From: Nanobdellota archaeon | GTDB taxonomy: Archaea > Nanobdellota > Nanobdellia > Nanobdellales > Nanobdellaceae | Direction: 5' to 3' | DNA: 32,000 bases | Assembly: GCA_042850255.1 (NCBI GenBank) | Contig: AP031373.1 | Span: 450,001 to 482,000 of the forward strand | Part shown: positions 26,944-32,000 of the stretch, in pieces | Layout of the letters: every line of letters begins with the position of its first letter | Numbering within the stretch: the stretch's first letter is position 1 | Program-made: the position numbers and the translations under genes | The notes under the pieces: generated by a model | Seen by the model: only the letters and a program-made list of their open reading frames with translations | Told to the model about the DNA's origin: nothing | The model's database searches: none

Positions 26944-29079
26944 ATGGGTAAAGATATTATATTAATAACTTCTGCATTACCATATGTAAATAATGTACCA
27001 CATATAGGGAATATTATAGGGAGTTTATTACCTTCAGATATATTTGCCAGATATAATAGATTAAAGGGTAATATAGTATTTTATTTATGTGGTACTGATG
27101 ATCATGGATCTACTACAGAAGTAGAAGCAATTAAACATAATACAAAACCTGAAAAAATAGTAAGTTTTTTCCATAATATACATAAAAATATATATAAATG
27201 GTTTAATTTTTCATTTGATAACTTTAGTGAAACATCTAATAATAAAATACATTATAAAGTTGTTCAAGAATTATTTGTAAAATCCTTTATAAATGGATAT
27301 ATAATAGAAAAAGAAGTAGAATTACCTTATGATCCTTTGTGGAATAAATTTTTGGCAGATAGGTTTGTAGTAGGTAAATGTCCATACTGTGGTTATGAAA
27401 ATGCAAAAGGAGATCAATGTGAAGCTTGTGGAAGATTATTGGATCCAAAAGATTTAATAGATCCGAAAAATTCTATAACAGGAAATCCTGTAATATTTAA
27501 AAAGACCAGACATCTATATTTAAATTTAACTAAATTAGAAAATAACATAAAAGAATATTTGGAAAGTAAAAGAGGGATATTTACAGATTTAGCAATATCT
27601 ATGTCATTAAGTTGGGTAAAGGAAGGTTTGAAAGAAAGAAGTATTACTAGAGATTTGTTATTTGGTGTACCCGTTCCTTATAAAGAATTATGGGAAGTTT
27701 TAAGGAAGAAAATATTTAATAAACTAAACTTTGGATCAAAAGATGCATTTATAGATTCATTAGTTAATGCATTAAAAGAAGAAGGATTATTAGTACCTGA
27801 AGAAGAAATAATAAAAATAAAAACAATTGTTGAAGAAAACTGGCCAAAAGTTGATAACATATTAAATTTATATAATTATTTTGAAGAATATAAAGAAAAA
27901 GTATTATATGTATGGTATGATGCATTAATTGGTTATATATCATTTTTAATAGAAAAATTAAAGGGAGAATATATTTATGAAGATGTAAAAGATGAAGATA
28001 TAAGTAATTTAAATATTTTGGAAGATAATGGAAAAATAATTAAGATAAAAATAGATAATTCTTTATATGAATTAGAATATAAAATAGAAGGATCTACATT
28101 ATATTTATCAGGAATTTATAGAGAATTCTATAATTTGGGAAAAATATTAAAATATCTATTTGAAAATAAAAAGGTTGTAAAAATATATTTAGATATAGAT
28201 TGGAAAGAATTTTGGACTTATGGAAAAATATATCATTTCTTGGGAAAAGATAATATACCATTTCATGCAGTATTTTGGCCTGCAATATTATTATCATCAA
28301 ATAATGTATCTGAAGATTATAAAGAATTCTTTGAAATAACAGATTTAATTAATTTTACTTTACCTTATGATGTTATAGGATTATCTTATTTAACATATGA
28401 AGGTAGAAAAATAAGTAAAAGTCAAAGATGGGGGATATTTTGTGATGCATTAATTAATACAAATTTAAATCCAGATTACTGGAGATTTTATTTATCATAT
28501 ATATTACCTTATAATAAGGATACTGATTTTAAATGGGAGGAATTTAAGAATGTAATAAATGAGGAATTAGTAAATAATATAGGAAATTTGACTCATAGGA
28601 TATTATCTTTTATTAAAAAGTATTATAATGGTAAAATAGATGGACCTGTAGATAGTAATATATTAGACGAAATAAAGAAAAAATTAGAAGAATATTTTGA
28701 ATTAATGGATAAGGGAGAATTAAATTTAGGATTAAGGAAAATATTAGAATTATCTAATTATGGAAATAAAATATTCCAAGATAATAAACCTTGGGAAGAT
28801 CCTGAAAATAGCAAAACAATTGTGAAATCCTTAATGATATTATTGATAACTTTATATACTATGTTATATCCATTTATTCCTTCATCTTCTGAAAAATTCT
28901 TTAATTATATAGATTATCATAATTTATCCTTTGAAGATTTAGAATATTTGTATAATTTTGCAGATAAATTAGTTATAGAAATAACAAAAGATGTAAAACC
29001 AATGTTTGAGAAAATAAATGATAATATAATAAATGAATTAAAGGAAAAAGCTACTTCTCCTGTTTCTTCATTTTCATAA
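26944..29079 (+). CDS. metG: Methionyl-tRNA synthetase with large internal insertions
   Basis: 711 aa. PHIGNIIG (HIGH), CPYCGYENAKGDQCEACG zinc knuckle, YVWYDALIGYIS, HFLGKDNIPFH and GRKISKSQ (KMSKS). Confidence 0.95.
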   Translation: MGKDIILITSALPYVNNVPHIGNIIGSLLPSDIFARYNRLKGNIVFYLCGTDDHGSTTEVEAIKHNTKPEKIVSFFHNIHKNIYKWFNFSFDNFSETSNNKIHYKVVQELFVKSFINGYIIEKEVELPYDPLWNKFLADRFVVGKCPYCGYENAKGDQCEACGRLLDPKDLIDPKNSITGNPVIFKKTRHLYLNLTKLENNIKEYLESKRGIFTDLAISMSLSWVKEGLKERSITRDLLFGVPVPYKELWEVLRKKIFNKLNFGSKDAFIDSLVNALKEEGLLVPEEEIIKIKTIVEENWPKVDNILNLYNYFEEYKEKVLYVWYDALIGYISFLIEKLKGEYIYEDVKDEDISNLNILEDNGKIIKIKIDNSLYELEYKIEGSTLYLSGIYREFYNLGKILKYLFENKKVVKIYLDIDWKEFWTYGKIYHFLGKDNIPFHAVFWPAILLSSNNVSEDYKEFFEITDLINFTLPYDVIGLSYLTYEGRKISKSQRWGIFCDALINTNLNPDYWRFYLSYILPYNKDTDFKWEEFKNVINEELVNNIGNLTHRILSFIKKYYNGKIDGPVDSNILDEIKKKLEEYFELMDKGELNLGLRKILELSNYGNKIFQDNKPWEDPENSKTIVKSLMILLITLYTMLYPFIPSSSEKFFNYIDYHNLSFEDLEYLYNFADKLVIEITKDVKPMFEKINDNIINELKEKATSPVSSFS

Positions 29080-29111
29080 AAATTTATAAGGAAACAATAA
29101 AAAAATATAAT

Positions 29112-29288
29112 ATGAAAGAGGCCGATGATGATCCGAGTTTACTATATTTCACAAATAAATTATATTATATATTATTTAAGTTTATTGTTTTTGTTCTTTC
29201 TTTTCTTCTTTCTTCTTTGCCATACAATATTATTTACGAAAAAATTTTAAAAAACTATCATTTTTCTATGACCAGAATAGAATACTAA
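29112..29288 (+). CDS. Possible 58-aa single-TM micro-protein
   Basis: My own translation gives MKEADDDPSLLYFTNKLYYILFKFIVFVLSFLLSSLPYNIIYEKILKNYHFSMTRIEY*. It falls below the track size cut-off. There is no further support. Confidence 0.2.
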   Translation: MKEADDDPSLLYFTNKLYYILFKFIVFVLSFLLSSLPYNIIYEKILKNYHFSMTRIEY

Positions 29289-29422
29289 GTTGTAGTAAAA
29301 ATTTGTTCATACAATAAATTTATATATAGGATATAAAAAGTTTATTTTAAAATAGTTTTTAAATAAGGAGACTGTTTATAAATATTTATTTTATAAGCAA
29401 AATTTTAAAAATTAAAAATATT

Positions 29423-29980
29423 TTATGGACAAAAAATTAAGATATAGTGATTACTAAGATATGTTGGTCCTTCTAAAAGTTTAAATCCATATTTTTCAAA
29501 AAAAGATATTGTTTCTTCTGGTGATAATCTTATAGATATCGGAGGTCCAAATTCTGTATATTCTTTTTTAAATTCTACAACTCCTATTTTTCCATTATCT
29601 TTTAATATTCTTTTAATTTCTTTTAATAAACCTTCTTCTTTCTTTTCATGAACTATATCATGAAAAACATTTGCTAATAATACAAAATCAATTGATTTAT
29701 CTTCTAAAGGAACTTTATTAGTTATATCTGCTTGTATTGTTATTATATTATCAATATTCCTTTCTTTCTTTATTTTTTCTATATAATCTAGGAATTCTTT
29801 ATCTATATCTATTGCATATACCTTTCCTGGATAAATAATTCTTGCGATTGGTATTGCAAACCTTCCAGGTCCAGATCCTAAATCTGCTAAATTTATTCCT
29901 TTTTCTAATTTTAATGGTTTTAAGAATTCTTCTCCAATTTCCTCTCCTTTTAAATGTTTAAATTTGTGATTTCCAAACAT
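29423..29980 (-). CDS. Class I SAM-dependent methyltransferase
   Basis: 185 aa. LADLGSGPGRFAIPIA (motif I), YAIDID and LLANVFHD. Confidence 0.85.
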   Translation of the reverse strand: MFGNHKFKHLKGEEIGEEFLKPLKLEKGINLADLGSGPGRFAIPIARIIYPGKVYAIDIDKEFLDYIEKIKKERNIDNIITIQADITNKVPLEDKSIDFVLLANVFHDIVHEKKEEGLLKEIKRILKDNGKIGVVEFKKEYTEFGPPISIRLSPEETISFFEKYGFKLLEGPTYLSNHYILIFCP

Positions 29981-30009
29981 TTTTATTAATTATTTTAAAA
30001 GTAGTTTAT

Positions 30010-30948
30010 ATGTCTTATGATATTATAGGAGATATTGCAGTAATTAAAAAACCATTAAAATATTCTGAAGAAGAATATGTAAAAAGGATTTTAGAAAAGC
30101 ATAAATTTATAAAAACAATTTTACTACAAGAAACAGATGTTTTACCCCCTTATAGAGTTCCTAAATATAAAATATTATATGGAGAAAATAAAACAGAAAC
30201 AATAAATATAGAATATGGATTAAAATTCAAAGTAGATGTTGTTAGATCATATTATTCTCCTAGATTAAGTAATGAAAGATATAGAATTGCAAAAGAAGTA
30301 AAAGATGAAGAAGAAGTATTAGTAATGTTTTCTGGAGTAAATGTTTATTCAATATATATTTCAAAATTTTCTAAGGCAAAAATTATATATTCTATAGAAT
30401 TAAATCCTTTTGCAGTAAAATATGGAATAGAAAATGTAAAATTGAATAAAGTAAATAATGTTGTAACATTATTAGGTGATGTAAAGGATGTATCTCAATA
30501 TATAGGATATTTAGAGGATAAAGATGGAATAATAAAAAATAATGAAGAATATATAAGAGATTTAATAGATTCGGAATTAGAATTGAATAATTTATATATT
30601 TATGAATATAATGAATTATTAAAAAATGTAAAATATAAGAATTTAAAATATATAAAAGAATTAGAAAATTTAGAAAAATTTAATAAAAAATTTGATAGAA
30701 TTATAATGCCATTACCAAAAGAAAGTCATACATTTTTAGAATATGCAATACCATTAATTAAAAATAATGGTATTATTCATTTATATCAATTTTTTAAAGA
30801 AGAAGAAATAATAAATAATTCTCATAAATTATTGGATGAATACAGTAAAAAATTAAATTTTGAGTATGAAATATTAAATATATTAAAAGTTGGTGATATA
30901 GCTCCAGGTACTTATAGGGTATGCATAGATTTCAGAGTAAAACTTTAA
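30010..30948 (+). CDS. Trm5/Taw2 (Met-10+) family tRNA methyltransferase-like protein with an internal insertion
   Basis: 312 aa. YDIIGDIAVIK, YYSPRLSNERYRIA, IELNPFAVKYGIENVKLNKV and FDRIIMPLP. No D1 domain precedes the IGD motif, which is Taw2-like. The SAM loop is atypical (VLVMFSGVNVYSI). Confidence 0.75.
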   Translation: MSYDIIGDIAVIKKPLKYSEEEYVKRILEKHKFIKTILLQETDVLPPYRVPKYKILYGENKTETINIEYGLKFKVDVVRSYYSPRLSNERYRIAKEVKDEEEVLVMFSGVNVYSIYISKFSKAKIIYSIELNPFAVKYGIENVKLNKVNNVVTLLGDVKDVSQYIGYLEDKDGIIKNNEEYIRDLIDSELELNNLYIYEYNELLKNVKYKNLKYIKELENLEKFNKKFDRIIMPLPKESHTFLEYAIPLIKNNGIIHLYQFFKEEEIINNSHKLLDEYSKKLNFEYEILNILKVGDIAPGTYRVCIDFRVKL

Positions 30949-30973
30949 TATGTTAAAGTTATTATTTTAAAAA

Positions 30974-31432
30974 ATGAGATCTGACGCGTTTACAATATTA
31001 ATAATACTACTTGGTATAATTTTAGGTATAGTAGTATATTTGGTATTATTTGTACCACCAAGTGAAATAGCAAAATATCTGGGAGGAGGAAGTAATAAAA
31101 ATTTACCAGTGTCATTCAAAGTATCTTTGATGTATTATACATCAAATAGTATAGGTGCATTTATATATAATCAAGGTCCAGGTACTGTTTATTTAAATAA
31201 TATGAATGTTTATGCAGAATATTATCCATATGGGGGAAGTTATAATTGTAATATAACAGCTTCTAACTATACGTTAAGTCCTGATAGTCAAGTAAGTGTT
31301 ATAATAAATTGTGAAAATGAAAATCAAATAATAAGTAATCTATTTTCAAATAATGGATACTACATATTTTATTTCAATTATAAAAACTATGAACAAACAT
31401 ATAATTTGACAACTATAACTGCTCCAAAATAA
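30974..31432 (+). CDS. Membrane-anchored or secreted protein with an N-terminal hydrophobic helix; possibly pilin-like
   Basis: 152 aa. MRSDAFTILIILLGIILGIVVYLVLFV is followed by an N/Y/S-rich, probably beta-rich ectodomain. The class III signal-peptide cleavage motif is not canonical. Confidence 0.55.
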   Translation: MRSDAFTILIILLGIILGIVVYLVLFVPPSEIAKYLGGGSNKNLPVSFKVSLMYYTSNSIGAFIYNQGPGTVYLNNMNVYAEYYPYGGSYNCNITASNYTLSPDSQVSVIINCENENQIISNLFSNNGYYIFYFNYKNYEQTYNLTTITAPK

Positions 31433-31656
31433 TTTTTGATTAATATTTTTAAAAATAAATATTAAGGGTAAATTTATATGAAGATTAATTATCCTTTATG
31501 ATTAGATTTTAAAGAACCATATTTAGAAGATAATAAATGGATTTGTCCTTATTGTAATGAAAAATTTGGTAATAAAAACTTTTTTTAAATTATCCATAAG
31601 ATAATTGTATTATAATTTCTTATGGATATTTTATAATAAAAATTTAATGTTATTGA

Positions 31657-31986
31657 TTATTTTATGCTTTCTTGTTTAAATCTACGCTTTCGATATAGAT
31701 AGACTCCAATAATAAATGGTATTAATCCTAACCACATTAAGAATAAGGCTAGTAAGTATACTATTATCCAATCTTTTTTAGAAACTTTTTCTAATTTTTC
31801 ATAAAAATCAATCATCACTAGCATAGTTAAGAATAATGCCGTACCTAAGAATATTATTAGAAAGAAAATTATTTCCAATATATAAGATCCTAAGAAATTA
31901 TTGGATAAGCCTATCCACATGAATATCATAACTGCTAAAAATTCTAATATGCTTCCTAAAAGTAATTTTTTAGATATTGGCTTCAT
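31657..31986 (-). CDS. Small membrane protein (109 aa, ~3 TM)
   Basis: Three hydrophobic segments and a basic C-terminus YRKRRFKQESIK. Confidence 0.55.
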   Translation of the reverse strand: MKPISKKLLLGSILEFLAVMIFMWIGLSNNFLGSYILEIIFFLIIFLGTALFLTMLVMIDFYEKLEKVSKKDWIIVYLLALFLMWLGLIPFIIGVYLYRKRRFKQESIK

Positions 31987-32000
31987 TTAAGTATTATTTT

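Noticed and set aside
27682-28197. MetRS insertions as inteins
   Set aside because: There is no Cys/Ser/Thr at the insert starts, no terminal His-Asn followed by Cys/Ser/Thr, and no homing-endonuclease motifs. At about 70-80 aa they are also too short for inteins.
27678-28300. Two minus-strand ORFs (27678-27860 and 28094-28300) from the track
   Set aside because: Both lie antisense within MetRS, and the MetRS frame is continuous across them with conserved motifs on both sides.
29124-29131. GATGATGA resembling a C box of a C/D box sRNA
   Set aside because: No CTGA D box or D' box occurs within the next ~70 nt on either strand, and there are no terminal complementary ends. The motif falls inside a possible small ORF (Asp-Asp-Asp codons).
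29182-29223. 13-aa minus-strand ORF MAKKKEEKKEQKQ*
   Set aside because: It lies on the opposite strand of the 58-aa candidate ORF, consists purely of charged low-complexity sequence, and has no support.

Overview
Extremely AT-rich window (by eye well under 30% G+C), densely coding. Proteins are rich in I, K, N, Y and E. Gene content is archaeal: PriS primase, DUF4143-type AAA+ ATPases, a Trm5/Taw2-family methyltransferase and an F3-like M1 aminopeptidase. TATA-like boxes sit about 20-30 nt upstream of several ATGs, suggesting leaderless transcripts. All homology calls are by-eye motif recognition, and no searches were run. The right part (22-32 kb) is housekeeping: thyA-like, rhomboid, M1 aminopeptidase, MetRS, two methyltransferases and small membrane proteins. 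The left and central part (about 1-21.9 kb) looks accessory. It is bracketed by two directly repeated paralogous ATPase genes. It contains an SDR, a GalT-like HIT enzyme, a pyrimidine-dimer glycosylase, an MNT/HEPN toxin-antitoxin pair, pirin and two GXGXG-like proteins. It also holds a tandem membrane GT2 synthase cluster coupled to PriS, several frame-broken ORFs, and many proteins with no family I can name. The best candidate for an undescribed system is the minus-strand operon 15695->12761. It has two diverged small helical paralogues followed by two diverged ~330-aa paralogues. A third large paralogue lies at 7428-8357, directly behind the HEPN gene. I found no rRNA, tRNA, CRISPR array, integrase or transposase. 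Several conserved enzymes (MetRS, Trm5/Taw2-like, ThyA, PriS) carry large lineage-specific insertions or extensions.
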